This document shows positions 51,367 through 61,482 of a stretch of 64,000 nt of DNA, one piece after another. The DNA is from Gemmatimonadales bacterium. Lineage in GTDB: Bacteria; Gemmatimonadota; Gemmatimonadetes; Gemmatimonadales; GWC2-71-9. Under the pieces are notes generated by a model. The model worked only from the letters and a program-made list of their open reading frames with translations, did not search any database and was not told the origin of the DNA. Made by a program: the position numbers and the translations under genes. Where the stretch lies: NCBI GenBank assembly GCA_039794085.1, contig JBDIWC010000014.1, positions 1-64,000 on the forward strand, given 5' to 3'. Numbering within the stretch: position 1 is the first letter of the stretch; each line of letters opens with the position of its first letter.

Positions 51367-52692
51367 ATGGAACCTCCCTTAACCTCGACCGGGTCGGTCC
51401 CGATCCTCCTCGGATCGGTCCTCGTCCTGGCCCTGGTGCTCACCAATGCCTTTTTTGTGGCCGCCGAATTTGCCCTGGTCGGGGCGCGTCCGAGCCGCCT
51501 GGAAGACCTCTCCCGGTCGGGTGACCGCAAAGCTACCCTGGCCCTCCGGGCGGTACAATCGCTCGACAAGTACATCTCCGCGACCCAGTTGGGCATCACC
51601 CTCGCCTCCCTGGGGCTCGGGTGGATCGGGGAGCCGGCCCTGGCGCACTTTTTCGACGGCATCTTCGAGCAGGTGGGAATCTCCCTGGACCCGGTGGCCG
51701 CCCATGGCATCGCGGTCGCGGTGGCCTTCAGCATCATCACACTCCTGCACATCATCCTGGGGGAGCTGGTGCCGAAGGCGGTGGCCCTCCTCTACCCGGA
51801 AACCGTGAGCATGTACGCGGTGCCACCCCTCCTCGCGTTCGCGTGGGTGATGGCGGTTCCCATCCGGATTCTCAACGGCACCGCGAACTGGCTCCTGCGC
51901 CACTCGGGGCTGTCGGTTCCCGGGGAGCACGAGCGGATGCACTCCCCGGAGGAGATCCGGATGCTGGTCGAGCAGAGCACCGAGGGAGGGTCGCTGGGCA
52001 AGGAGGACGCCCGCCTCCTCGAAGGGGTCTTCGAGTTCAGCGAGAAGAGCGCCGAGGACGTGATGACACCCCGGACGCGGATGTTCGCGCTCGAGCGGTC
52101 TCTCTCCGCTCCCGCCGCCGCGGATGCGGTGGCCGCGTCGGGCCGGTCGCGCTACCCGGTGCACACCGGGTCCCTCGACGAAATCGTGGGGGTGGTGCAT
52201 GCCAAGGACATCCTGAGCGCGCTGCGGACCCGGCCCGACGCGACCGTGGGCGACCTGATGCGCGCTCCCCTCTTCGTTCCCGGAACCCGCGAAGTGGAGG
52301 ACGTGCTGGCGGACATGAAGCGGCTCAAGGTTCACCTGGCCGTGGTGCTCGACGAGTATGGCGGCACGGCCGGGCTCGTCACCATGGAGGACCTGCTGGA
52401 GGAGATCGTGGGGCCCATCTTCGACGAGCACGACCTGCCCGACGTCGTCGTTCCCGAGGGCGAGGCCGTGACCCTGGACGGGTCCACCCCGATCAGCGAG
52501 TTCAACACCGCGTGGGACACCGAGATCCCCGACGACGACTACACCACCCTCGGCGGCTTCCTCTTCGGCCAGCTCGGTCGGCTGCCGGTCGTGGGCGACC
52601 GGATCCCGGTCGCCGGACGGGTGTTCGAGATCGTCGCGATGGAGGGCCGCCGGGTTCAGCGGGTCCGGCTGCTGGACCAGCAGCCGGCCTGA
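51367..52692 (+). CDS. Hemolysin-family DUF21-CBS-CorC protein
   Basis: NAFFVAAEFAL, QLGITLASL, GELVPK, VMTPR, DEYGGTAGLVT.ED. Confidence 0.93.
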   Translation: MEPPLTSTGSVPILLGSVLVLALVLTNAFFVAAEFALVGARPSRLEDLSRSGDRKATLALRAVQSLDKYISATQLGITLASLGLGWIGEPALAHFFDGIFEQVGISLDPVAAHGIAVAVAFSIITLLHIILGELVPKAVALLYPETVSMYAVPPLLAFAWVMAVPIRILNGTANWLLRHSGLSVPGEHERMHSPEEIRMLVEQSTEGGSLGKEDARLLEGVFEFSEKSAEDVMTPRTRMFALERSLSAPAAADAVAASGRSRYPVHTGSLDEIVGVVHAKDILSALRTRPDATVGDLMRAPLFVPGTREVEDVLADMKRLKVHLAVVLDEYGGTAGLVTMEDLLEEIVGPIFDEHDLPDVVVPEGEAVTLDGSTPISEFNTAWDTEIPDDDYTTLGGFLFGQLGRLPVVGDRIPVAGRVFEIVAMEGRRVQRVRLLDQQPA

Positions 52693-52740
52693 CCCGCCGG
52701 ACCCGGCGGCCCTCCATCGCCCCGATTATCTTGGGCTGCC

Positions 52741-53709
52741 ATGCCACGCCCCTCCATCGCACCGATCCCTCCCGGCGCCCTCGACCTCACCGGCGAGGCC
52801 GTTCGCAAGCGCCGCGCGCTTCAGCGCGGGGCCATGGAGCACCTCGCCACGGCGGGATTCGCGGAACTGATTCCCCCGACCTTCGAATACGAGGAGGTGT
52901 TTCGGCGAGCGGCCGGGCGCGACATCGGACCCGCACTCATTCGCTTCCTCGATCTCGACGGCCGCTCCCTCGCCCTCCGGTACGACTTCACGTCCAGCGT
53001 GGCCCGGGTGGCCGCCACGACCTTTTCCGGCACCACTCCCCCCTTCCGGTTCTGTTACTCCGGGAAGGTCTTCCGCCAGGGGCAGGACGCGGGCAGCGGG
53101 GGCGGGGGCCGTCCCCGCGAGCTGCTCCAGGCCGGTGGTGAAATCCTCGGTCTCCCGGGACTCGAGGCCGACCTCGAGGTGATCCGCCTCGTGCTCACCA
53201 TGCTGGCGACCCTGGGACTCGGGGGAGCCCGGATCAACCTCGGGCACGCCGCGGTCCTGGCTCCGATTCTCGACACCCTGGACCCGGAGGCCCGGGATCT
53301 CGCCCGGCGCGCCATCGGGCGCCGCGATGCCCGAGCCCTCACCGAGCTCCTCGCTGATGGCCCCGCCGCAACGGCACTCGCGGACCTCCCCTTTGTCATC
53401 GGACGCCGAGACGCCCTTCAGGAGGCCTCCCTCACCGCCCCGTCGGCCGCCGCGGAGGGCATCGCCCGCCTCCTCGCCCTCGACCTGGCCCTGACACCCG
53501 CGGAACGCGCCCAGGTGGTCTACGACCTCGGGGAGGTCCGCGGCCTCGACTACTATACCGGCATGCACTTCGAGGTGTTCGTGGAGGGCGCCGGGCGGGC
53601 GGTCGGCACCGGAGGGCGATACGACGATCTGATGGGACGTTTCGGAACTCCCATGCCCGCGGTGGGTTTCGCGCTCGACCTGGGCGCCCTCGCGGGAGTC
53701 ATCGCATGA
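52741..53709 (+). CDS. hisZ: ATP phosphoribosyltransferase regulatory subunit
   Basis: LALRYDFT...AR, GLDYYTG..F, GGRYDDL; adjacent to short hisG. Confidence 0.9.
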   Translation: MPRPSIAPIPPGALDLTGEAVRKRRALQRGAMEHLATAGFAELIPPTFEYEEVFRRAAGRDIGPALIRFLDLDGRSLALRYDFTSSVARVAATTFSGTTPPFRFCYSGKVFRQGQDAGSGGGGRPRELLQAGGEILGLPGLEADLEVIRLVLTMLATLGLGGARINLGHAAVLAPILDTLDPEARDLARRAIGRRDARALTELLADGPAATALADLPFVIGRRDALQEASLTAPSAAAEGIARLLALDLALTPAERAQVVYDLGEVRGLDYYTGMHFEVFVEGAGRAVGTGGRYDDLMGRFGTPMPAVGFALDLGALAGVIA

Positions 53710-54338
53710 GCCGGCTCCGGATCGCCCTTCCGAAAGGGCGTCTTCATGGGCCGACCCTGGCCCGATTTGCGGCGGCGGGCATGGCCCTCGAGGGTGACCC
53801 GGGCCGCCGTCTCCTGATCCCCTCCACCGATCCCGGCGTCGAGTTCCTGGTCGTGAAGCCGGGCGACGTCCCCGTCTACGTCGAATCCGGCGCCGCCGAC
53901 CTCGGCGTCACGGGAACGGACGTGCTCCGCGAGGCCGACGCCGACGTCCTGGAGCCCCTCACCCTCGGATTCGGCCGGTGCCGACTCGCGGTCGCCTCTC
54001 CCGTCTCCACCCCCTGGCCGCACTTGCCCGGCGGAGTCACGGCCCGGGTGGCCACCAAGTACCCGCGGCTCACCCGGGAGTACTTCGCGGCCATGGGACG
54101 CGCCGTCGAGGTGATCCCGATCGCGGGGTCCGTCGAGGTGGCCCCGCTGCTCGGACTGGCCCACTGGATCGTGGACCTGGTCGACACCGGGCGCACCCTG
54201 CGCGAAAACGGGCTCGTGGAGCGGGAGTCGATCCTGGCGTGCGAGGCGACCCTGGTGATGAACCGGGCCACCCAGACGTTGCGGCTGGAGGACTGTCTGG
54301 ACATCGTGGAACGGATAAAATCAGGCGTTAGGCGATAG
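53706..54338 (+). CDS. hisG: ATP phosphoribosyltransferase (short form)
   Basis: IALPKGRL, DVPVYVE.G.ADLG, VATKYP, GSVE.AP, IVDLVDTG.TLRENGL. Confidence 0.96.
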   Translation: MSRLRIALPKGRLHGPTLARFAAAGMALEGDPGRRLLIPSTDPGVEFLVVKPGDVPVYVESGAADLGVTGTDVLREADADVLEPLTLGFGRCRLAVASPVSTPWPHLPGGVTARVATKYPRLTREYFAAMGRAVEVIPIAGSVEVAPLLGLAHWIVDLVDTGRTLRENGLVERESILACEATLVMNRATQTLRLEDCLDIVERIKSGVRR

Positions 54339-54376
54339 GCGATAGGCGATACAGGGGCGACGCGCCAGCGTCGCCC
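54323..54376. repeat. (TAGGCGA)n array plus GGGCGACGC hairpin between convergent genes
   Basis: aggcgttaggcgataggcgataggcgata, then GGGCGACGC-GCCA-GCGTCGCCC. Confidence 0.7.
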
Positions 54377-54406
54377 GAGCCCCGGGTGTGGACGACAGGC
54401 TGCCGG

Positions 54407-55348
54407 CTAGGCAGTGCGATTCCGCGCGCCGAGGGTGACCGCGAGGGTGACCGCGCGCCGCAGGCTGTCGGCGCGGGCGGTGCCGGTGCCGGCGATGTCC
54501 ATCGCGGTGCCATGATCGGGGGAGGTGCGGGGAAAGGGAAGGCCCAGGGTGATGTTCACGCCCCCGCCGAACCCGGCCACCTTGATCGCGGTCATTCCCA
54601 CGTCATGATAGGGCGCCAGGACGGCGTCGAACTCCCCCGCCATGGCCCGCACAAACACCGTGTCGGCAGGCAGGGGACCGCTCGCGTGCAGCGCCGCGGC
54701 CGCCGGGGTGAGGATCCTCACCTCCTCGTCTCCAAACAGCCCTCCCTCCCCGGCGTGCGGGTTGAGGGCGCAGAGCGCGAGGCGGGGATCCGCGATGCCG
54801 AACCATTCCCGCAGGGCCTGGCGGGTGACCCGACCGGTGCGCACGATCCGGTCGGTCGTGAGCAGGGCCGGCACATCCCGGAGGGCCACATGGGTGGTCA
54901 CCAGCACGACGCGCAGGGTGTCGGTGGCGAGCATCATCGCCACGTCCACTCCCCCGGCCAGGGCGGCGAGCCATTCGGTATGACCCGGGAACGGATAGCC
55001 CGCCAGGTGGGTGGCGTATTTTTCGATGGGAGCGGTCACGAGGGCATCCACCTCCCCGGCCTGCGCCAGGGCGACCGCCTGCTCAATGGATCGTCCGGCC
55101 AGGGTTCCCGCGCGGAGGGCCCGGCGGCGCGTCTCGGGATCGGCGGGGTCGCCGCGACCCACTCCCCCCCGCCACATGCCGACCCCGATCTTCCGGCCGA
55201 CAGGGAGGGCGTCGATCAGATCATCGGGTCCCACGGCGACGATGTCGGCATCGAGCGGAGGACCCTCGGCGAGCACCGCCGCGGTGAGTTCCGGACCGAC
55301 ACCGCGGGGATCACCAAGGGTCACCGCGAGCCGACACCGGCGGGTCAC
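54407..55348 (-). CDS. pdxA: 4-hydroxythreonine-4-phosphate dehydrogenase
   Basis: GDP.GVGPE, FPGHTE, LNPHAGE, YHD, RTSPDHGTA. Confidence 0.96.
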   Translation of the reverse strand: MTRRCRLAVTLGDPRGVGPELTAAVLAEGPPLDADIVAVGPDDLIDALPVGRKIGVGMWRGGVGRGDPADPETRRRALRAGTLAGRSIEQAVALAQAGEVDALVTAPIEKYATHLAGYPFPGHTEWLAALAGGVDVAMMLATDTLRVVLVTTHVALRDVPALLTTDRIVRTGRVTRQALREWFGIADPRLALCALNPHAGEGGLFGDEEVRILTPAAAALHASGPLPADTVFVRAMAGEFDAVLAPYHDVGMTAIKVAGFGGGVNITLGLPFPRTSPDHGTAMDIAGTGTARADSLRRAVTLAVTLGARNRTA

Positions 55349-56679
55349 GGGTCCCGGATCTCCACGTAGTTGGCGGACCGGATCCGATCGACGTAGCGTT
55401 GCATGGTGAGAATTTCGGTGAGACGGGATCGGACTTCGTCCCGGGAGTCCTCAAAGCGAAGGTCACCCGCCGGCGCGCGTTCGAGAACGCGCACGAACCC
55501 GAACTTGCTCGGCAACCCTCCGGTCCCCGCCAGCTCGAACACCTCGCTCACCTCGGCCGGTCCCACTCCCTGAATGGCCTGCTGGTAGACCGGGGGCAGC
55601 CGGTCCTCCGGCACCACCATCAATTCCTTCGCCTCGGCCGTGTCGTGATGGCGGCCCTGAAGCGAGTCGAACGAGGCGCCCGCGACGACTGCGCTGTGCA
55701 GCTTCTCGGCGAGGCGACGGGCGCTGTCCACCTCCGCGGGTCCGATCTCCGGCATGATCAGAATGTGGCGGGCCTGCACCTCGGAGGCCTGCACCCGCTG
55801 CACCTGAATGATGTGGAACCCGAAAGCGGTTTCCACGGGATCGCTCACCACACCCGGTTTGATGATGAATGCGAGTCGTTCGAAAGCGGGATCCATGACT
55901 CCACGGCGGAACCAGTTCAGATCCCCCCCGGCATCCTTCGATCCCGGATCCTGGGAGAAGCGCTTGGCGGCGACGGCAAAGTCCGCCCCGGCCCGGATCT
56001 CCCGGGCGATCGAATCGGCCTTGGCCCGGGCCCGCTCCCTCTCCTCCGGCCGGGGTTTGGGGGCCACGATGATCTGCCGGAGGGAAACGGTGGCCGGGCG
56101 CCGGGCGGTTCCCTTTCGCGCCTCGAAGAACTTCCGCATCTCCTCCTCGGTGGGCACCACCGTCTTGAGTTTCTGGCGGCTTCGGAGGCTGGAGGTGAAG
56201 GCCTGGGTCAGGAGCTGGTCCCGTTGCTGATCCCGCATCCAGGCCCGCCATTCCTCCTGAGTTTGAAAGCCCGCCACCTGCAGGTCCCGGCGGAAGGCGT
56301 CGTCGCCGGCATACCGGGAGCGCGTGCTCTTCACCAGTTCATCGACCGCGGCGTCCACCTCCTCCTCGGTGACCCGGATGGTGGTGTCTCGCCGGGCCTC
56401 CAGCAGGAGGAGTTCGTTGGTGATGAGGTCGTCGAGCAGTTCGCGGCGCACGGCCCCGAGCGCCGCGGAATCGGTGGGGAGGCCTCTTCCCTGGGGAAAC
56501 CGGATGAAAAGCTGTTCGTCGATCTCCGATGCGAGGATGGCCCGGGTTCCGACCACGGCCACGATCCGGTCCACCACGGTCGAATCCCCCTGGGCCGACA
56601 GCGGTTCCCCGTGCCAGAGGAGAACCGCGGCCACCAGGGCCATCGTCCGCCGAACGACCGATCCCCGGACCTGCCTCAT
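55345..56679 (-). CDS. surA: SurA-like parvulin peptidyl-prolyl isomerase
   Basis: VDRIVAVV, GGDL.W, PVETAFGFHII, ARHILI; upstream of pdxA. Confidence 0.85.
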   Translation of the reverse strand: MRQVRGSVVRRTMALVAAVLLWHGEPLSAQGDSTVVDRIVAVVGTRAILASEIDEQLFIRFPQGRGLPTDSAALGAVRRELLDDLITNELLLLEARRDTTIRVTEEEVDAAVDELVKSTRSRYAGDDAFRRDLQVAGFQTQEEWRAWMRDQQRDQLLTQAFTSSLRSRQKLKTVVPTEEEMRKFFEARKGTARRPATVSLRQIIVAPKPRPEERERARAKADSIAREIRAGADFAVAAKRFSQDPGSKDAGGDLNWFRRGVMDPAFERLAFIIKPGVVSDPVETAFGFHIIQVQRVQASEVQARHILIMPEIGPAEVDSARRLAEKLHSAVVAGASFDSLQGRHHDTAEAKELMVVPEDRLPPVYQQAIQGVGPAEVSEVFELAGTGGLPSKFGFVRVLERAPAGDLRFEDSRDEVRSRLTEILTMQRYVDRIRSANYVEIRDP

Positions 56680-56682
56680 CGT

Positions 56683-58125
56683 CTACTGACCCTGCGGCAC
56701 CGGCGGGCCACCCGGTGCAGGCTGAATCGGTCCGGCGGGCGGCGCGGCGGGCTGGCCCGCTTGCGCGGCCGAGTCGGCTCGGGCCTTGGCAATGGCGAGT
56801 TCCACGGCCCGGGCGAGACCGGCGCGGTTGATCTTGCCCCCCCGGTCCTCGCGCATCACGATTCCGAGCACCCCGGGAAGGGGCTGATACTGCGCCGCCC
56901 CGGTGAGGAGGTTGTCGAAGTAGGTCTCCACCTTCGCGGCCGCCGCCGCCTTGCGATCCGACAACGGGTTGCTGGTGTCCGACACCTCCGGGGCGTTGAG
57001 CTGCATCGCGTTGATCATCTGCGTCGTGCCGGCGTTCATGGCGAGTTGAATCGCGGCCCAGGTTCCCTCGGGAAGCTGCACATTGGCGGAGTCGGCCTGG
57101 CGCAGCAACAGCTCCTGCTGGGCGATCGCGGTGGCGAACCGGACGAGGTTCGAGTCCGGCTGGATCGACACCTGCTGCAGTTGCCCCGGCTGCAGGGCCG
57201 TCATCCATTTGGCGAACTGCCCGACCGTCAGGTTGCCCGACTTGAGGTCCACCAGGGCCCGGCTCGACTTGAGGGAGCCCTGGAGGTCCATGATGGCCGC
57301 CTTGATGCCGGCGGGGGCGTTGTCGCGCACCTTCAGGTCGTTGGACGACGTGAGAGCGGCGAAGTAGGACGAATCGGCTCGCGCGCCCTCCAGGCCGCTG
57401 GCGAACTCGTAGAAACGGCTCCGGACTTCCTCCAGTGGCGGGCGGCGGATCAGGTGGAATCCGAAATCGGTCTGGACCACGTCGCTCAAGGCGCCCGGTT
57501 CCAGGGCCCAGGCCGCGCTGTCGAAGGCGGGAACAAAGGCGCCGCGAGGGCTCGGGGGGAGATACCCGCCGTCCTGGCGCGTCGCATCGGGATTCCGCGC
57601 TTCGGCCTGGGAGGCAAAGGAGGTTCCCCTCCGCACCCGGGCCAGAACCTGCTCCGCATCACGCCGGGCGGCCGCGGTATCGGCGGGGGTGGGCCCCGCC
57701 GGGGTGATCAGGATGTGCTGGAAGAGCCGAATGTCCCCCTGGCTCCAGACCGAGTCCACCGCCGACTCGGGCGTGGCGGGGCGACTCGCCAGCATCGCCT
57801 CGCGGAGGGCACCGATCCGTTGCTCGGTGATCTGCGGCCACATGGCCCGGCGAACCAGGCTCGAGTCAACGGGAAAGGTGCCCTTTTCGGCCACGGTCTG
57901 GGCGAAGAGGGTGAGATCGACCCAGAGATTCGACACGAACTCCGCCGTTTCGACGTCGGCCGCCGTTCCGCGGATCGTGGCGAGGATGTCGGCAACCCGG
58001 GAGGCGGGGAGTTCCTGCCCCCCGGCGGTCGCGGCCACATCCGCCCGGGCCGAGAAGAGGTCACCCAGATTGGAACATCCAGCCAGGGAGAGGAGAAGGA
58101 CGGGAACCAGAACCAGGCGGCGCAT
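56683..58125 (-). CDS. Parvulin-type PPIase lipoprotein
   Basis: Lipobox LAGC, HILI, GGYL, VQTDFGFHLI. Confidence 0.85.
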   Translation of the reverse strand: MRRLVLVPVLLLSLAGCSNLGDLFSARADVAATAGGQELPASRVADILATIRGTAADVETAEFVSNLWVDLTLFAQTVAEKGTFPVDSSLVRRAMWPQITEQRIGALREAMLASRPATPESAVDSVWSQGDIRLFQHILITPAGPTPADTAAARRDAEQVLARVRRGTSFASQAEARNPDATRQDGGYLPPSPRGAFVPAFDSAAWALEPGALSDVVQTDFGFHLIRRPPLEEVRSRFYEFASGLEGARADSSYFAALTSSNDLKVRDNAPAGIKAAIMDLQGSLKSSRALVDLKSGNLTVGQFAKWMTALQPGQLQQVSIQPDSNLVRFATAIAQQELLLRQADSANVQLPEGTWAAIQLAMNAGTTQMINAMQLNAPEVSDTSNPLSDRKAAAAAKVETYFDNLLTGAAQYQPLPGVLGIVMREDRGGKINRAGLARAVELAIAKARADSAAQAGQPAAPPAGPIQPAPGGPPVPQGQ

Positions 58126-58161
58126 GCGTACTCCGGTGAAAGAAGAGAACTGCGTTTCGTG

Positions 58162-61100
58162 TTACCCGGCCCGCGGCGACGCCGATCGGGCGCCTGCCTG
58201 CGCGGCGGCGGTCACGGCCCGCACCAGGGCGGGGATGATGTCCACGCCCCCGAGCCGGATCAATCGAAGCGACAGCGGGACCGTGCGCCGCACCTCGACC
58301 GAGAGTTGGACATCGTCGAGAGCCACGGTGAGCCCGGCCAGCCGGGGAGCGGTGCCCTCCCGAAAGGTGAGGCGCGCCTCGTCTCCCCGCACCAGCACAT
58401 GCTGGAGTCCCATGCCGGCGCCGAGCACCCGCAGCCGGGTCATGTCGAGGAAGTGCTCCGCCTCGGCGGGGAGCGGTCCGAACCGTTCCCGGATTTCCCG
58501 GCCCAACTCTCCAATTTCATCAATTGTGCCTGCCCGCGCCAGTCGCCGGTAGAGATCCAGCTTTCCCTCGTCGTCCGGAATGTAGTCATCGGGGAGGCGG
58601 GCCGGCCGGTCGAAGACCACATCGGGCGGGGCCGGAGGGGCGGGCGAGGCGTCGCCCTGGCGGCTCCGCAGGGCCCGGACCGTCTCTTCCAACCAGCGGA
58701 GATAGAGATCGAACCCGACCGCCTGGGCATGCCCCGACTGTTCCGCGCCGAGCAGATTTCCCGCGCCGCGGAGTTCCAGATCCTTGAGAGCGATCCGGTA
58801 GCCGCTCCCGAGTTCGGTGTTGTGCTCCAGCACCTTCAGCCGTTCCTCCGCCTCCGGGTCCACGGTGTCGGGGGCGATCAGGTAGCAGTGCGCCCTCCGG
58901 TGACTCCGGCCCACCCGGCCCCGGAGCTGATAGAGCTGGGCGAGTCCGAACCGGTGCGCGTCGTGAACGATCATCGTGTTGGCATTGGGGACATCGAGTC
59001 CCGATTCCACGATCATGGTGGAGACGAGAATGTCGACCGTTCCATTCACGAAGTTCCCCATGACCTCCTCCAGCCGGTCGGTCGGCATCTGTCCATGCGC
59101 CACCGCCACCCGGGCCCGGGGAACCAGGCCTCGCACCCGGGCGGCAATGGTCTCAATCGTTTCGATCCTGTTGTGAACCACGAACACCTGCCCTCCCCGG
59201 TCGAGTTCCCGGGTGCAGGCTTCCTCGATCAGGGCATCGTCCCAGGGCTCGACGAAGGTCAGCACCGGGCTCCGGTCCTGCGGCGCCGTCTCAATCAGGG
59301 ACAGATCACGGAGCCCCGCGAGGGACATGTGCAGGGTGCGCGGGATCGGCGTGGCCGTGAGCGTGAGCACATGGACCCGGAGACGAAGCTCCTTGAGGCG
59401 CTCCTTGTGCCGCACGCCGAACCGGTGCTCCTCGTCCACCACGAGCAGCCCCAGCTCCTTGAAGATGACGTCGCGGGAGAGGATCCGGTGGGTCCCGATG
59501 ATGATGTCGGTCTCCCCGGTGGCAAGGCGGGCCAGGGCGGCCTTCTGTTCCTTCGGGGACCGGAACCGGGAGAGCACCTCCACCCGCACCGGGAAATCGG
59601 CCAGCCGTTCGGTGAAGGTCCGGCCATGCTGCTCCGCGAGGATCGTGGTCGGCACCAGGATGGCCACCTGCCGTCCGCTCTGGACCGCCTTGAACGCGGC
59701 GCGCACCGCGATCTCGGTCTTGCCATACCCCACGTCGCCCACCAGGAGCCGGTCCATCGGATGCGGGCGCTCGAGATCGCGCTTCACCTCGTCGGTGGCC
59801 CGGCGCTGGTCCGGGGTGTCCTCGTAGAGAAAACTCGACTCGAGTTCGCGCTGCCACCGGGTATCGGGGGGACAGGGGTCTCCCGCACTCACCGTGCGAC
59901 GGGCATAGAGCTCGAGCAGCTCCGCCGCCATCTCCCGGATCCCGCTCCGGGTCCGGTCCCGCACCTTCTTCCAGGCGGTCCCGCCGAGACGGTGCAGGCG
60001 CGGCGGCGGTTCGTCGCCATCGTCCCCCCCCCCCCCGGCCCGATACCGTTCGATCTGGTCCAGCCCGTACAGAGGAACATTCAGCCGATCCCCTCCCTCG
60101 TATTCCAGGACCGCCACGTCAATCGGTCCTCCGTCCAGGGTGATCGCGTGCAAGCCGCGATAGATCCCGATGCCGTGGTCCAGGTGAACCACGTAATCGC
60201 CAATCGACAGCGTTCCCGTGAGGGAGGTGGGGGCCGCGGTGCGGAAACGCCGGGGACGCCGGAGGCGACGCGCCCGCCGGAAGATCTCGTGGTCGGTGAG
60301 TACCCGCAGCGTGGGCAGGACGAACCCGCCATCCAGCGATCCGACCGTCAGGGTGGCCATGCCCGCCACGGAGGGACCGTCGTGGAGCAGTTCCTCCAGG
60401 CGCTCGCACTGCCCCTCGTTGTCACACAGGATGAGAGTCGGCTTTCCACTCCCCAGTAGTCCGCGCAGCCGGGCCAGATCGCGATCGACTCTCTCCGGCG
60501 GGAAGAATCCGAACTGCCGGTCGACCTCCTCCTCCCGCACCAGGAGGCGAGGAAAGAGGCCCAGCATCCGCCACCACTGCCCCGGTTCGAGCAGCATGTC
60601 CTCCCGGGAGGGAACCGAATCGCCCTGGCGCCGCGCCACCTCGATGTGGTGCTCCGCCTCGCGCCAGCCGCGGGCCACCTCCTCGAGATCCACTCCCTCG
60701 CGCTCCTCCACGACGAGGGCATCGGGAGGAAGAAGTTCGAGCAGAGATCTCCGGTCCCGCGGTCCATTCTCCCCCTCGCCGGCGTTCAGCACCGCCTCCG
60801 CCGACACCGGAAGGATCACCACCTCGGGGAGCGACTCGCCCGATCGCTGGGTCGTCAGGTCGAACTGCCGAAGGCTGCTGATGTCATCGCCCCACCACTC
60901 ACACCGGGCGGGGTCCGCCATCCCGAAGCCGTACACATCCACGATCCCTCCCCGCACGCTGAACTCGGCCACCTCGGTCACCGAGGCTACCCGGCGATAC
61001 CCCATCCGGTCGAGGTCGGCCACCATCGTACGGAGCGGGTATCGTTGGCCCGTCCGAAGAGTCACTCGCAGCGAGGACAGGGCCGACGGGATGAGGGTGC

Positions 61101-61482
61101 GTTCGGCCGTGGCCCGCGCCGTGGTCACCAGGATGCGGAGATCCCCTCCGAGCAGCGCCGCCACCGTCTCCATCCGCTCCCCGGCGATCTCGTAGTGCGG
61201 CTCGTCCTCCCCCAGGGACTCCCGCTGGGGATAGAGCGCGACCGGGGCCCGGCTCAGCTGGTTCAGGTCCGCAAGCCACCGATCGGCTTCGGCGGGGCCG
61301 GGGGCCACGATGACCAGAAGCCGCTCGGGAAGGGAATCCGCGAGCCATGCGGCCAGGAGAGCGGCGCTCGAGCCGGGGAGCCCCCCCAGCCGGGTGGAGG
61401 TCCCCCGGCGCGGCAGGTCCCCCGCCAGAGCCTGAACGGCGGGGACCCTCCCCAGCGCTTCGAAGACGAGGTCCAGACTCAT
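58162..61482 (-). CDS. mfd: Transcription-repair coupling factor
   Basis: VVHLDHGIG, GDVGYGKTE, DEEHRFGV, LYQLRGRVGRS, DLELRGAGNLLG. Confidence 0.97.
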   Translation of the reverse strand: MSLDLVFEALGRVPAVQALAGDLPRRGTSTRLGGLPGSSAALLAAWLADSLPERLLVIVAPGPAEADRWLADLNQLSRAPVALYPQRESLGEDEPHYEIAGERMETVAALLGGDLRILVTTARATAERTLIPSALSSLRVTLRTGQRYPLRTMVADLDRMGYRRVASVTEVAEFSVRGGIVDVYGFGMADPARCEWWGDDISSLRQFDLTTQRSGESLPEVVILPVSAEAVLNAGEGENGPRDRRSLLELLPPDALVVEEREGVDLEEVARGWREAEHHIEVARRQGDSVPSREDMLLEPGQWWRMLGLFPRLLVREEEVDRQFGFFPPERVDRDLARLRGLLGSGKPTLILCDNEGQCERLEELLHDGPSVAGMATLTVGSLDGGFVLPTLRVLTDHEIFRRARRLRRPRRFRTAAPTSLTGTLSIGDYVVHLDHGIGIYRGLHAITLDGGPIDVAVLEYEGGDRLNVPLYGLDQIERYRAGGGGDDGDEPPPRLHRLGGTAWKKVRDRTRSGIREMAAELLELYARRTVSAGDPCPPDTRWQRELESSFLYEDTPDQRRATDEVKRDLERPHPMDRLLVGDVGYGKTEIAVRAAFKAVQSGRQVAILVPTTILAEQHGRTFTERLADFPVRVEVLSRFRSPKEQKAALARLATGETDIIIGTHRILSRDVIFKELGLLVVDEEHRFGVRHKERLKELRLRVHVLTLTATPIPRTLHMSLAGLRDLSLIETAPQDRSPVLTFVEPWDDALIEEACTRELDRGGQVFVVHNRIETIETIAARVRGLVPRARVAVAHGQMPTDRLEEVMGNFVNGTVDILVSTMIVESGLDVPNANTMIVHDAHRFGLAQLYQLRGRVGRSHRRAHCYLIAPDTVDPEAEERLKVLEHNTELGSGYRIALKDLELRGAGNLLGAEQSGHAQAVGFDLYLRWLEETVRALRSRQGDASPAPPAPPDVVFDRPARLPDDYIPDDEGKLDLYRRLARAGTIDEIGELGREIRERFGPLPAEAEHFLDMTRLRVLGAGMGLQHVLVRGDEARLTFREGTAPRLAGLTVALDDVQLSVEVRRTVPLSLRLIRLGGVDIIPALVRAVTAAAQAGARSASPRAG

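Noticed and set aside
55399..60459. 1686-aa plus-strand ORF
   Set aside because: Antisense shadow of surA, the PPIase gene and mfd, typical of high-GC codon bias; no motifs
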